Part shown: positions 44,125-55,000 of the stretch, piece by piece
Position numbering within the stretch: position 1 is the first letter of the stretch
Layout: every line of letters begins with the position of its first letter
NCBI GenBank assembly: GCA_022641095.1
Contig: JALCDB010000005.1
Coordinates: 3,766 to 67,765 of the forward strand
Origin: Bacilli bacterium
GTDB lineage: Bacteria > Bacillota_I > Bacilli_A > RFN20 > CAG-826
DNA: 64,000 nucleotides
Direction of reading: 5' to 3'
Notes under the pieces: generated by a model
The model's input: only the letters and a program-made list of their open reading frames with translations
What the model was told of the DNA's origin: nothing
Database searches by the model: none
Position numbers and translations under genes: made by a program

Positions 44125-44993
44125 TCATGAATCAAACCGTCGCCATCACCCAGTTCTCAATGGGCGAAGACTACTTAGAGAACATCGCCAAAGCCGATTC
44201 GCTTATCGAAAAGGCGGTTGATGAAGGGGCGGATCTCGTCCTTTTGCCCGAACTCTTCGAGGGTCCCTATTTCTGTCAGGTCGAGGACTATGCGAAATTC
44301 CTTTTGGCCGAAGAGGCCTCCGATTCCAAGACCCTAAAGCATTTTCAGGCGGTGGCTAAAAGACTCCGCGTCGTCCTTCCTATTTCTTTCTTTGAGAAAG
44401 CCGGCAACGTCTATTTCAATTCGCTCGCCGTGATTGACGCGGACGGGATCGTTCTCGGCATCTATCGCAAAAGCCACATCCCGACTGGCGAATGTTACGA
44501 GGAGAAATTCTATTTCACCCCCGGGGATACCGGATTCATGGTCTTCAATACGAAAATTGGCCGGTTGGGCGTTGGCATCTGCTGGGATCAATGGTTCCCG
44601 GAAACCGCCCGGGCTTTGGCCTTGAAGGGGGCGGAACTCATCGTTTTCCCTACCGCCATTGGCAGCGAACCCGTGCTTTCGAAAGACTCCAAAAACCATT
44701 GGCAGAACGTGATGAAGGGGCATGCCGCGGCGAACCTCATGCCGGTTCTCGCCTCCAATCGCGTCGGGTTCGAGAAAGCCCGTGGCTCCTCCATGAGGTT
44801 CTTCGGTTCCTCGTTCATCGCCGATCAGCATGGGGAGAAAGCGATTGAGATGAACCGGGAGGAAGAAGGCTATCGCCTCGCTTCTTTCGACCTTAAGGCC
44901 ATTGACAAAGAGAGGCGCGACTGGGGCGTTTTTCGCGATCGGCGGCCGGAACTATACGGCGATTTGATCAAACTCGACGCCACGAAAAAATAA
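44121..44993 (+). CDS. aguB: N-carbamoylputrescine amidase (CN-hydrolase family)
   Basis: 290 aa. LLPELF (Glu), YRKSHIP (Lys) and GICWDQWFPE (Cys) catalytic triad motifs. ATGA overlap with the fusion gene. Confidence 0.85.
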   Translation: MIMNQTVAITQFSMGEDYLENIAKADSLIEKAVDEGADLVLLPELFEGPYFCQVEDYAKFLLAEEASDSKTLKHFQAVAKRLRVVLPISFFEKAGNVYFNSLAVIDADGIVLGIYRKSHIPTGECYEEKFYFTPGDTGFMVFNTKIGRLGVGICWDQWFPETARALALKGAELIVFPTAIGSEPVLSKDSKNHWQNVMKGHAAANLMPVLASNRVGFEKARGSSMRFFGSSFIADQHGEKAIEMNREEEGYRLASFDLKAIDKERRDWGVFRDRRPELYGDLIKLDATKK

Positions 44994-45142
44994 CCTATAA
45001 AAGCGAAACGATCATATAGACGAGCAAGGCAACGACCGTAAGGGCGATGATGATCGGGAAAATATAGAGAGGATCGAACTTCTTCTTTTTCATTGTCGCT
45101 ATTTATAATACAATTAACCCCGCCGTTTGGCACTTAACCTTT

Positions 45143-45757
45143 ATGGAATGGATCGCCCTATCGATACTCTTTGGAATCGCCCTGGCGATGGACTGCCTGG
45201 CCCTCTCGATCACTGACGGGCTCGTCTATTGCGATCTTAACGACAAGAAATGGCGGCCTTTTTTCATCGCCGGCGTTTTCGGTTTAGGTCAGGGATTATT
45301 CCCTCTCATCGGGTTTTTGCTCGGCGAAACGGTCTCGGAATACATCGATCGGTTCGATCACTATATCGCCTTTGCGTTGCTCGCCATCATCGGTGGGAAA
45401 ATGCTTTACGAAGGCATTCGCGGCATGATTAAGCCCGAGAGCGTCATCCCGAAGCGCTTCAGCGTCAAGGAAGTTTGCTTCCAAGGCGTCGCCGACTCCA
45501 TCGACGCCTTGGCTGTTGGCATCACCTTGCCGACGAACATCCACGTTGCCCAAGGGATCGATAATTACCGCACCTACGTGGCATGCGCGATCATCGCCGC
45601 GGTCACTTTCGGCATTTCGCTCATCGGCCTTTTCGCCGGTAAGCGGATCGCCAGGCTTTTCAAAGGGAAATACGAAGTCAGCGAAGTCGTCGGCGGTGCG
45701 GTTCTCGTTGTTTTAGGGGTGGTCATCATGACGCAAGGGATCCTCGCGGTCGCGTAA
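45143..45757 (+). CDS. mntP: Manganese efflux pump MntP
   Basis: 204 aa. Duplicated DUF204 halves with AMDCLALSI and ADSIDALAVGI motifs. Confidence 0.85.
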   Translation: MEWIALSILFGIALAMDCLALSITDGLVYCDLNDKKWRPFFIAGVFGLGQGLFPLIGFLLGETVSEYIDRFDHYIAFALLAIIGGKMLYEGIRGMIKPESVIPKRFSVKEVCFQGVADSIDALAVGITLPTNIHVAQGIDNYRTYVACAIIAAVTFGISLIGLFAGKRIARLFKGKYEVSEVVGGAVLVVLGVVIMTQGILAVA

Positions 45758-45798
45758 TTGCTGTCACCTGATTCCTTTTGTCGCTACAATGTAAAGTT

Positions 45799-47748
45799 AT
45801 GAAAAAGAATCTCGTTTTCCTTTCGCTAGCCCTAAGCGGCCTTTTCGTGGTTTCCTGCGCTTCCTCGCGCAGTTCCTTGGACTCTGGCGGTTCTTCCTCC
45901 GCAAGCGCTTACGCTTCTTCGCACGATGGTGGTTCTTCTTGGACCAAGGGTAGCTACAGCGTCTCCTCGATCGATTTCTCGGCTTCCGAAGACAGTTATG
46001 AGGGCCCCGTTTATAGCGCTCCCGAGGATTATGTGGCCCTTGATGGCGCCGACGGCCTCGTCAAGGTGGACGAAGATTCCTCTTCACTCAGCAAAGACGG
46101 CGTGACCTATCTCGTCAGCGGTATCGACCGCTCTATGGGCGCCGGTTATTTCGCTCTTCGTCAAGGCGGCTATTTTACGAACGAAGGATCTTATTCCTCG
46201 AAACGTTACGCCGGTCTTAAGATAAGTTTTTCCCGTCTCACCGATTACGGATACCTTCTTTACAAAGGATCCCGTTACGAAATCACCTCGCCTAACAACG
46301 CCGCCTATCATCTCTATAGCGACGTTTATCTCCCGCTTTTTGACGAGAACGGAGCGGCAAGCCCGTTCGATTACGTCTCGATCTACGCGGCGGTTGGCTC
46401 CTTCCGCGTCGATTCATTGACCCTTTACTTCACAAACGAGGAGGAAAATGCCGCCCCAAGCGACAAGTATTTGGATTTCTATACCATCAACGACACCCAC
46501 GGAGCGGCCGAATATGACATCGACTCTTCGTCTTCGACCTACCAAATCGGCATCACCCGCCTCAGCGATTATTATATGTCCGAAGCCAAGAAAAACCCGG
46601 ATGGTTCCGTTATCCTTTCCAGCGGCGACATGTGGCAAGGCAGCGCCGACAGCAACCTCACCAAAGGAGCCGTCATGGTCAATTGGATGAATTTGGTTGG
46701 CTTTGAGTCAATGGCGATCGGCAACCATGAATTCGATTGGGGCGTCGACCAGATAGCGGAAAACAACCAACTTGCCAACTTCCCGTTTTTGGGCATCAAC
46801 ATCAAAGATCCAAGCGGCAACCGCCCCTCGTGGGCCTTGCCTTCGAAAATCATTTACCGTCAGGGAGTCAAAATTGGCATCGTTGGGGCGATCGGCAACA
46901 TCGCCAGCTCCATCGCCACTTCTTCTTTGGGCGGCTATTCCTTCGATTACGATTATCCGAGCGAAGTATCGGCTGAGGCGACCCGACTCCGAGCGGAGGG
47001 CTGCCAAGCCGTCGTCGTAAGCGTCCATAATGGCGGTTTCGATACGACGAACTGCCACAACGTGGATGCGGTCTTCGAAGGCCACACCCATCAGAATCAC
47101 TATGAAGTGGATTCCTATGGGATACCTCACGTCCAAACATACGCCAACGGTTCGATGGTGCATCACCTTAGGTTCGTCCTCGCTAACGGCGGGGTTTCTC
47201 TCGTGAAGCATGACGCGTTGACCACCTACGACGCCGGGTCTTTGAAGGAAGAGCCGATGACCGCCGAGATATACCGTTATTACTTGTCGCGGACTTCCGC
47301 TATCAAAAACGAGGTTGTCGGCCACACCGATTCGGGTTACGGCAAAGACGAGATGGGGGCTATCGGGGCCTCTTCTTTGCTCAGTTACATGCGGTGTCGG
47401 TTCCCTGATTACACCATCGTGGCCGCGCTCATCAACTCCGGTGGCGTCCGTCAGACGATCGGGGCTGGCGACATCACTTTCGGGGACATCTATGGCGTTT
47501 TCCCCTTTGACAACGAAAACCACTTATGCTCCGCCACGGGCCGTTCCCTTAGGAACATGATGAGCAGCGGCTTCTACGTGCGGTCCGATCTCTACTCGAG
47601 TTCCCTTGACCCGACGGCGATTTATTATTTCGTCACTCTTTCGTACTCAAGCGAGGGCGCCTATGCCGATTCGCTTACGATCGAGGAGCGCGACACTTAT
47701 TTCATCCGCAACGTCGTGGCGGATTATTTCCGTAACGGAGGGCAATGA
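45799..47748 (+). CDS. Lipoprotein: N-terminal unknown domain + metallophosphoesterase/5'-nucleotidase
   Basis: MKKNLVFLSLALSGLFVVSC lipobox. INDTHGA, GDMWQGS and GNHEFDWG motifs. C-terminal 5'-nucleotidase-like domain. Confidence 0.8.
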   Translation: MKKNLVFLSLALSGLFVVSCASSRSSLDSGGSSSASAYASSHDGGSSWTKGSYSVSSIDFSASEDSYEGPVYSAPEDYVALDGADGLVKVDEDSSSLSKDGVTYLVSGIDRSMGAGYFALRQGGYFTNEGSYSSKRYAGLKISFSRLTDYGYLLYKGSRYEITSPNNAAYHLYSDVYLPLFDENGAASPFDYVSIYAAVGSFRVDSLTLYFTNEEENAAPSDKYLDFYTINDTHGAAEYDIDSSSSTYQIGITRLSDYYMSEAKKNPDGSVILSSGDMWQGSADSNLTKGAVMVNWMNLVGFESMAIGNHEFDWGVDQIAENNQLANFPFLGINIKDPSGNRPSWALPSKIIYRQGVKIGIVGAIGNIASSIATSSLGGYSFDYDYPSEVSAEATRLRAEGCQAVVVSVHNGGFDTTNCHNVDAVFEGHTHQNHYEVDSYGIPHVQTYANGSMVHHLRFVLANGGVSLVKHDALTTYDAGSLKEEPMTAEIYRYYLSRTSAIKNEVVGHTDSGYGKDEMGAIGASSLLSYMRCRFPDYTIVAALINSGGVRQTIGAGDITFGDIYGVFPFDNENHLCSATGRSLRNMMSSGFYVRSDLYSSSLDPTAIYYFVTLSYSSEGAYADSLTIEERDTYFIRNVVADYFRNGGQ

Positions 47749-48599
47749 CCACGAAGCTCGCTTTGGTGATTCAAGGCGGCGGCACGAGGGGGGCCTACGC
47801 TTCCGGGGTCCTCGACGTTCTCATGGAGCGCGGCATTTGGGCCGATGCCGTCTATGGGACGAGCGCCGGAGCCTTATGCGGCGTCGGTTACGTTAGCCGA
47901 GACATGGGGCGGAGCGACAGGATGTTCGTCGGCATGAACGGCGAACTGCGTTTCGTGAAGCCGCTCAATCTTTTGCTTAAGGGCAGCGCGATCGATTTCG
48001 ACGACATGTTTTTCGGTCTTTCAAGGCGGCAACTGCCATTCGACGCCGACACATTCTTTTCGTCCAAAACGGAATTCTATGTTTGCGCGACCAGTTGCGA
48101 GAGCGGGGAGGCCGTCTATTTCAGCAAACTCGATCCCGAGTTTTGGGATGGGCTCGCCGCCTCGGCTTCTTTGCCTTTGGCGACGAAACCGCGGCTCGTC
48201 CGTGGACGGCCTTATCTCGACGGAGGAATCGTCGTCCCGGTCGCCTTGCCGAAAGCCCTCGAGGACGGGGCGAAGAAGGTCATCGTCGTTCTGACCAGGG
48301 AAAAAGGCTATCGGAAGAAGCCCCTAAGTTCTTTGCGGAAGCGAATCGCCAACTTGATGTATGGCCGTTACCATCGTTTCATGAGGGCTTATCGGCAAAG
48401 CAACGTCATTTATAACAAAGAGATGGATCGGGTGGATCGGTTCGTCGAAGAGGGCAAAGCCTTTGCGATTTATCCGGAGATCCCGCCTAGGATCGGCCAC
48501 GTCGAAAAGGACAAAAGCAAAATCCAAGCCCTCATCGACGCGGGACGGAAAGACGCCCTAAAAGCCTTCCCCGCCCTCAAAGAATACCTATCAAAATAA
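47745..48599 (+). CDS. Patatin-like phospholipase
   Basis: GGGTRGAYASG oxyanion motif, GTSAGA nucleophile and DGG aspartate motif. Confidence 0.85.
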   Translation: MTTKLALVIQGGGTRGAYASGVLDVLMERGIWADAVYGTSAGALCGVGYVSRDMGRSDRMFVGMNGELRFVKPLNLLLKGSAIDFDDMFFGLSRRQLPFDADTFFSSKTEFYVCATSCESGEAVYFSKLDPEFWDGLAASASLPLATKPRLVRGRPYLDGGIVVPVALPKALEDGAKKVIVVLTREKGYRKKPLSSLRKRIANLMYGRYHRFMRAYRQSNVIYNKEMDRVDRFVEEGKAFAIYPEIPPRIGHVEKDKSKIQALIDAGRKDALKAFPALKEYLSK

Positions 48600-48624
48600 T
48601 TATTTTGATACAATAATAGGCAGC

Positions 48625-49653
48625 ATGAACAAAAACGACGCAAAAGCCCATCGTGGCCGCAAGGGCCTTGTCAACCTTAGGCGCATCAAGACCTTTCTCG
48701 TCTACCACGAGACAACGCTTCTGCCTTTCGTGCGCGAGAAGGCGGGATTAAGCAACACCATCGCTCGCCATGTCATCTCCGCTTCGCAGGTTTCCGTCGG
48801 CGGAGCCCCCGTCACCTTGTTCGATTTCAAGCTGTACCCCGAGGATGAGGTCGTGGTGTCTTACGACCGCATCGCCCATCACCTCAGGCATGATTTGCCC
48901 ATAATTTTCGAGGATGAGGACATCGTGGCCCTGAATAAACCCTCAGGCCTTCTTTCGGTCGCCACCGAGCGCGAGAAGGGCCGCACCGCCTATCGCCTTG
49001 TGAGCGATTACGTCACCGCGAAGAATCCTCGGGACCGCATTTTCGTGGTCCATCGCCTTGACGAAGACACGTCGGGGGTGCTTGTTTTCGCCAAGAAGTG
49101 GGAAGTCCGCGAGGCTTTGCAGAACAATTGGCAGAAGTGCGTCAAGAAAAGAGGCTATTACGCCGTGGTGGAGGGGAACGACATCCCCGATTCGGGAATC
49201 CTAAAGGACTATTTGGCCCAGGACAATTTCCAGCTCGTCTACGTGACCAAGAACCGCGCCAAAGGGAAACTGGCCATCACCGAATACAAGAAGATGGCCT
49301 CGAGCAAGGAATACGCTTTGCTTGACGTGCGTTTGCGGAGCGGCCGCAAGAACCAGATTCGCGTCCAACTGGGCAACATTGGCCACTACGTCATCGGAGA
49401 CGACAAATACGGCGAGCCGTCGAATCCTTTAAAGCGTTTGGGCCTTCATGCCTACGAACTATGGTTCACCAATCCTTTGAACGGCAAAGAATACGATCTC
49501 CAAGCGCCGCTTCCGGAATCGTTCAAGCGCCTGTTTTGGAAGAGCGACAAATTCAAAAAAGAGGAAATCGGCGAAAGGAAGGAAAGGAGGGAACCCCATG
49601 GGCGAAAGGGCGAACGCGGATCGCGCGCCAAAGAAGAGCGATTTGGGCATTGA
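48625..49653 (+). CDS. RluA-family pseudouridine synthase with S4-like N-terminus and basic C-terminal tail
   Basis: HRLDEDTSGVLVFAK catalytic motif and GRKNQIRVQL. The last 56 nt overlap the next gene. Confidence 0.85.
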   Translation: MNKNDAKAHRGRKGLVNLRRIKTFLVYHETTLLPFVREKAGLSNTIARHVISASQVSVGGAPVTLFDFKLYPEDEVVVSYDRIAHHLRHDLPIIFEDEDIVALNKPSGLLSVATEREKGRTAYRLVSDYVTAKNPRDRIFVVHRLDEDTSGVLVFAKKWEVREALQNNWQKCVKKRGYYAVVEGNDIPDSGILKDYLAQDNFQLVYVTKNRAKGKLAITEYKKMASSKEYALLDVRLRSGRKNQIRVQLGNIGHYVIGDDKYGEPSNPLKRLGLHAYELWFTNPLNGKEYDLQAPLPESFKRLFWKSDKFKKEEIGERKERREPHGRKGERGSRAKEERFGH

Positions 49654-51241
49654 GCTTTTTTGGCTTCGCAAACTCGGCGAATCCTTTTTAAGCGTAGTGC
49701 CGATACTCATCGTGGTGACGGTTCTTTATTTCACCCGGATAATTAAGGATTTCTATTTGCCTGGTTACGTCTCTTTCCTCGTGGCGGCTTTTTTTATCGG
49801 TTTGGGTCTTGCCCTTTTCACCGTTGGCGCCGAGCAATCCATGTCGCGCATCGGCCAAGTGATCGGCGAGACGCTTTTCCGCAAAAGGAAACTGTGGCTC
49901 ATTATCGTCATGACATTTTTGATCGGGCTCCTCGTTACGGTTGCCGAACCGGACCTGCGGGTTATGGCGTCCCAGATCGGTTGGAATGAGATCGCCCTCA
50001 TCGCCGCCGTCGGCATCGGAGTCGGCCTTTTCGTCGTTTTCGGGGTCTTGCGCATCCTTTTCAACAAGAATCTGAATATTATGTTCGTGGCTTTCTACGG
50101 CATCGTTTTTGCCTTGGCCGGAGTCGTGAATCCGAAATTTCTCCCAATTGCCTTCGATTCCGGCGGCGTTACTACGGGTCCGGTCACGGTTCCTTTCATT
50201 CTCGCCTTCGGAGCCGGTTTGGCCGCTTCGCGAAGCGCCGGCGGCCACTCGGGCGAAAACGCGTTCGGGCTTACGGCTTTGGCCTCGGTCGGACCCATCA
50301 TCTGCACGATGGTGATGTCTCTTTTCGCGAATATCGGCGGAATGGAATACGTTTGGAGCCCCAGCGATCTCGTGAGGGCCGCGACTTGGGCCGATTTTTG
50401 GCCTTCGTTCAAAAACGCTTTCGTCGAAACCGTTTGGATGGGGCGGAGCGAAGACGGCCTCGTCCTTGGCCAAGCCATCAGCGTCGCGATCGCGATTGTT
50501 CCTTTGGCCCTTTTCTTCATTTTCTACGACCTTGCCTTCGTCCGTTTGTCCTTCAAGGAGATTCTGCGCATCCTCGTCGGGCTTTTCTACGCCTACTTGG
50601 GCCTTGTCGTTTTCATGAGCGCGGTTGACCTCGGTTTCTTGCCCGTCGCTCAGCGTGTGGGCCATTCCCTCGGCGGCGATGGCGCTCTGTTCCCCATCGC
50701 GGTTCTCGTTGGCGGCCTCTTTGGCCTTTTTGGGGTTTTCGCGGAACCTGCCGTCCATGTCCTCGTCAGGCAAATCGCGGACGTTTCCGAAGGCACAATC
50801 AAACCATTCACCGTTCTTGTCTCAATGGCTTTGGGGATCGCCATCGGCGTGGCTCTGGCCATCGTAAGGGCCCATTATCGATGGCCGATCCTCTATTTCA
50901 TGGTCCCGGGTTATCTCTTGGCGATCGGCCTCTCCTTCGTCGTGCCGAGGATTTATACCGCGATCGCCTTCGATTCCGGCGGCGTCGCCTCGGGCCCGAT
51001 GGCCAGCGCTTTCGTGATGCCGTTCGCAATTGGCTTCGTCGTATCGGCTAACGGCGGCGAGAACGTCTTCAGCGATGCCTTTGGGTGCGTGGCCATGATC
51101 GCCCTCATGCCTCTGATCGTGATTCAGCTGATGGGTCTTTTCGCCGAGACGAAACGGAAGATCGTCTATGCGAGGGCTCGCAAGAAATTCGTTGAGCCAG
51201 GCGAGGGCGAGATCGTCTTTTTCGGGGAGGAGGGGGCGTGA
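49598..51241 (+). CDS. DUF1538 family membrane protein, two fused DUF1538 repeats (putative transporter)
   Basis: 547 aa. Duplicated AFDSGGVTTGPVTVPFILAFGAGLA and AFDSGGVASGPMASAFVMPFAIGFV signatures. GGAAAGGAGGGAA SD upstream. Confidence 0.75.
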   Translation: MGERANADRAPKKSDLGIELFWLRKLGESFLSVVPILIVVTVLYFTRIIKDFYLPGYVSFLVAAFFIGLGLALFTVGAEQSMSRIGQVIGETLFRKRKLWLIIVMTFLIGLLVTVAEPDLRVMASQIGWNEIALIAAVGIGVGLFVVFGVLRILFNKNLNIMFVAFYGIVFALAGVVNPKFLPIAFDSGGVTTGPVTVPFILAFGAGLAASRSAGGHSGENAFGLTALASVGPIICTMVMSLFANIGGMEYVWSPSDLVRAATWADFWPSFKNAFVETVWMGRSEDGLVLGQAISVAIAIVPLALFFIFYDLAFVRLSFKEILRILVGLFYAYLGLVVFMSAVDLGFLPVAQRVGHSLGGDGALFPIAVLVGGLFGLFGVFAEPAVHVLVRQIADVSEGTIKPFTVLVSMALGIAIGVALAIVRAHYRWPILYFMVPGYLLAIGLSFVVPRIYTAIAFDSGGVASGPMASAFVMPFAIGFVVSANGGENVFSDAFGCVAMIALMPLIVIQLMGLFAETKRKIVYARARKKFVEPGEGEIVFFGEEGA

Positions 51242-52080
51242 AATCGCTTAGGATTCTCAATAAACCCGCGAAACCCGTTCGCGAACATAAGCCGATTGAG
51301 TCGGTTTTCGCCGCGCAAACCGGAGATGAAACGCTTCGAGGCGCCGCTCGGTATAGGAACCTTTATTTCTTCGTCGCCATCGTGAACGACGGCCAGGGGC
51401 AGGCGATCGCCAGAATCCTCAATAAACGTCAAGCCGCAGCCAGTTTCCTTACCCATGCCAGCGGTACCGCCACTAACGATTTTTATCATGTTCTTGGATT
51501 CGACGAAAGCCACAAGCAAGTCGTTTTCGCGCTTACCCAGGAAAGGCAATGGGGCGGTCTCAAAAACGATCTTCGGGACCGTTTTTCCGTAAGCGATTTC
51601 TCCAGAGGAATCGCTTTTGTGAGCCATGTCGACTCCCTTATCGGGCTTAGCGCTTACAAAATGATGGCAAATGTCCGCCCGTTGGGGTTAGATAAAGGGG
51701 ACATTCCTATGGAAGAAACGAAAAAGAGCGACGATTACGAGATGGTCGTGGCCATCGTCAACGACGGTTACGTGGACCTTGCGATGGACGCGGCCAAGAA
51801 AGCCGGCGCCCGCGGCGGGACCGTTTTGACGGCGCGCGGAACGGGCAACGAGGACATCGAGAAATTCTTCGGTCTCATTATCACCCCCGAGAAGCAGATC
51901 GCGATCATTCTCGTTCCAAGAGCGATCAAAGACGCCGTTTTGCGGGCGATTTATAGAGAATGCGGCATCAATACCAAAGGTCAAGGTATCGCCTTCTCCA
52001 TGCCGGTGAGCGATGTCGTTGGTCTTGTCTCGGCCGAGGGCGAAGAGCGGCCCCCGATGGGGAAAAAGGCGGAGAACTGA
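51238..52080 (+). CDS. Tandem PII-like (GlnB-fold) regulatory protein
   Basis: 280 aa. Two halves share hhAIVNDG...GIAF..PV..hhGL. GTG start overlaps the DUF1538 stop (GTGA). Confidence 0.65.
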   Translation: MKSLRILNKPAKPVREHKPIESVFAAQTGDETLRGAARYRNLYFFVAIVNDGQGQAIARILNKRQAAASFLTHASGTATNDFYHVLGFDESHKQVVFALTQERQWGGLKNDLRDRFSVSDFSRGIAFVSHVDSLIGLSAYKMMANVRPLGLDKGDIPMEETKKSDDYEMVVAIVNDGYVDLAMDAAKKAGARGGTVLTARGTGNEDIEKFFGLIITPEKQIAIILVPRAIKDAVLRAIYRECGINTKGQGIAFSMPVSDVVGLVSAEGEERPPMGKKAEN

Positions 52081-55000
52081 TGGCGGAGAACGAGAACGTA
52101 TCGTTGGCTGAGCTTCGGCAGAAGGAAGCCAAAAAGAGCCGTTTCGGAGTTTGGCTCCGGAAAGTCTGGCCCGCCCTTTTCGACTGGAAAAGCCTCTTTT
52201 GGTATTTTTGGTTCATTTTCGTTTTGGGCATCTTTTGGATGTTCTATTCGTTCTTCTTCAATTCGGGCACCCAGATGTTCGCTTGGGGCGACTATACCAC
52301 CCAATATTGCAACCTTTGCTATGGTTTTTGGGACGTTTGGCACGATTTCTTCAAGACCGGCGTCTTCGAGCTTTACAGCACCTCGACTTTCTTCGGGACC
52401 GATAATATCGGCTCCAACGCTTACTATGGCCTTTTTGATCCTTTCGATTTCTTTTGCGTTCTTTTGCCTCGTTCTTTGGTCCCACAGAACATGGCTCTTG
52501 CGGCCTGTCTCAAAGGTTGCGTCGGAGCTTTCGCCTGCCGAGCCTACCTCAAGTACCTTGGCGTGAGCGAGAAGGGCTCCCGCATCGGCGGAGCGGCCTA
52601 CGCCTTCAACGGATATCTCAATTTCATGGCTGGTTTTCCGAGCACCGTGAGCGTCGTCGCCTTTGCCCCGCTGATTCTTCTCGGCATCGAGAAAGTCATC
52701 AAAGAACGGAAACCGTCTACCCTCGTTTTCTCCCTTATGGTCATGGGGATGGCGAGTTTCTTTTTCCTCGTGGTCTTTTGCATCTTCGGCGTCTTCTACG
52801 CTTTGTGGCGTTATTTTTGGACGATCGGGAAGCGCAACTGGAAACAAAATCTGGGCTCTATCGCCGTTGGGATCGGCGCTTTTGCCGTAGGGATAATGCT
52901 ATGCTCATGGATTTGGATCCCGTGCGTTCGCGAATCTTCCCTTTCTCCGCGCGTCAGTTCAGTCGGAGCCGCTTACCTTAGCGTTCTTAAAGGCGCTTTC
53001 GCCGACAAGGATTTTGGCCAGTGCGTCCATCTCATTTTTGAGCTCGTCGGCGAGAACCCGGGCCGCGAGTTGCAGGGGTTAGTGGGCTTCCTCTACCCGA
53101 CGTGCGGCTATAAGTACCTGCCGCTATACGAGACATCGGGCGGTTACGATAGTTGGACCGCCTCCCTTTTCGTCTACACGCCTTTGGCCATTTTCTTTTT
53201 CGGCGCCCTCATCACGAGCGTTCGAAACAAGCGTTGGGACCATATCATCGCTTTTCTGATTTGCGTAACGATGGTTTTCACCATTTTCCCTTACTTCTTC
53301 TTCTATGCTTTCGCCGGTGACGGATACGGCCGTTGGTACATCGTCCTCGTTCCGATCATCGTCTATTACGCCTGCAACGAGTTCGATAATCTCAAGAGCG
53401 AGCCGCGATGGCAGCTTCCGACGGCCTCCCTCATCGAGCTTTCGCTCACTGTCCTCGCTTGGGTGCTTGTCATCGAATTGCTGAAAAAAAAGAGTTTCTC
53501 CAGCCCCAATGGGTTGACCTATTATCCTAGTTCGTTCTCGGTTCCGGCCGAGGAGAACGGCCTCAGCCTTCAGTTCGTCGTCTATTATCAGATGGCTCTT
53601 GTCGTGGTCGAGGGCTTCGTCATGTCTTATTTGCGGGACAAGGAGTATTTTTGGAAGGTCGTCATCGCCTTCGTTTCCGTGGAAACCATCGTATGCGGAA
53701 ACCTGGCGTTCGCCACTTCGGGCATCACGGTTTACGAGTCGAACTATAACGGCGGCACCACGATCGTGGCGGCGCAAAGGAACGCTCTCGCCTCGCTTAA
53801 GGAATACGATGGCGGCGATTACCGAATTTATAACGACAGCGAGACCTCGGCCAACACTTCCAATGCCCTTGGCTACAACGGTTCCCGGACTTTTCATTCG
53901 CTCTATAACTACGGCCTGAGCGATTTATTGCGGCAATCGCATATCCTCACTTGCGAATATATGTACGACACTTATGGCGGCAACAAGCGCGTAAACTCCA
54001 CTTGGAGCGGGCAATACCTGCAGAAGCGGGCCCGCTTCGACGCGGTGACTGGCTTCAAATACTATATGATCGTGAACGACGGCTACACCGACGGGGATTA
54101 CGTGGCTTGGGATGACGACGATTTCAACTACAACGTTCCCTTTGGCTCCCAGTGCGTCGTCAAAACCGAAAAATACCGAATCTATGAGAGCCCCTATTGC
54201 CCCGATCTCGGCTTTGGCGTCGACACGGTTTACCCGCTTGGCAACGATACCGTGACCAGCGCTTACTCGACCAATTTCACAAACTACTACGATAACGGCG
54301 ATTTCGCGGAGATCCAGCGAAACGAAGCCACCTATCTCGACGCGGCCATCATCGATGACGCCGACGTCGATGAGGTAAGCCAGACTTTATCCGTCAGCGC
54401 GGCCACGACTTCCCCGACCGGGTTTAAGAGGCCGTCCTATCGGATGAGCGTCGTCACCACCCCCGACGGCTATGGCTTCCATGCGAGCGATCCGGGAAGT
54501 TTTCTGAGCGATCCCTCCGTCATGTCCTCCATTAAGAGCATTGGTCTTGGCGATAAGTACGACGGCGACGACCAAAAGGTCCTTATCTATCCTTCGAGCG
54601 GGTTGGGCGATTATTTTAACGGCGACGAAGGCGGCGCCTATTTCGAAATGACTTACTATTTAGGCAGTTTGGGTGGGGTGACCATCAAGAACCCGACCCG
54701 CGTCTACTTCATCGGCGACACCTATAACGATGACGGAACCATTAGGGAAGAGAACGCGACCCTGAACTACGAATATTATTCGATCAGAAACACCCAGTAT
54801 GGCGAGATAGGCGGCTCTTCCTATGACAATCTCTATGGCTTCTATGCCTCGGGGCGCGTCAAGTACATCGTCTTCTGCGGCATGAGCAAGGGGAAGGGCA
54901 ATACGCATATGCCTTCAAAAGGCCTGAATCTTGGCTATATCGAGAAAAGCGATTTCGACGCCAAATACGCCTCCCTCGCCGACCAAGAGCACGCGGTGAC

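Noticed and set aside
44994-45142. Looked for a yybP-ykoY manganese riboswitch upstream of mntP.
   Set aside because: The 149-nt gap lacks the conserved GGGGAGTAG-type core and four-way junction pairing. The region is better explained by the small minus-strand ORF or plain spacer.
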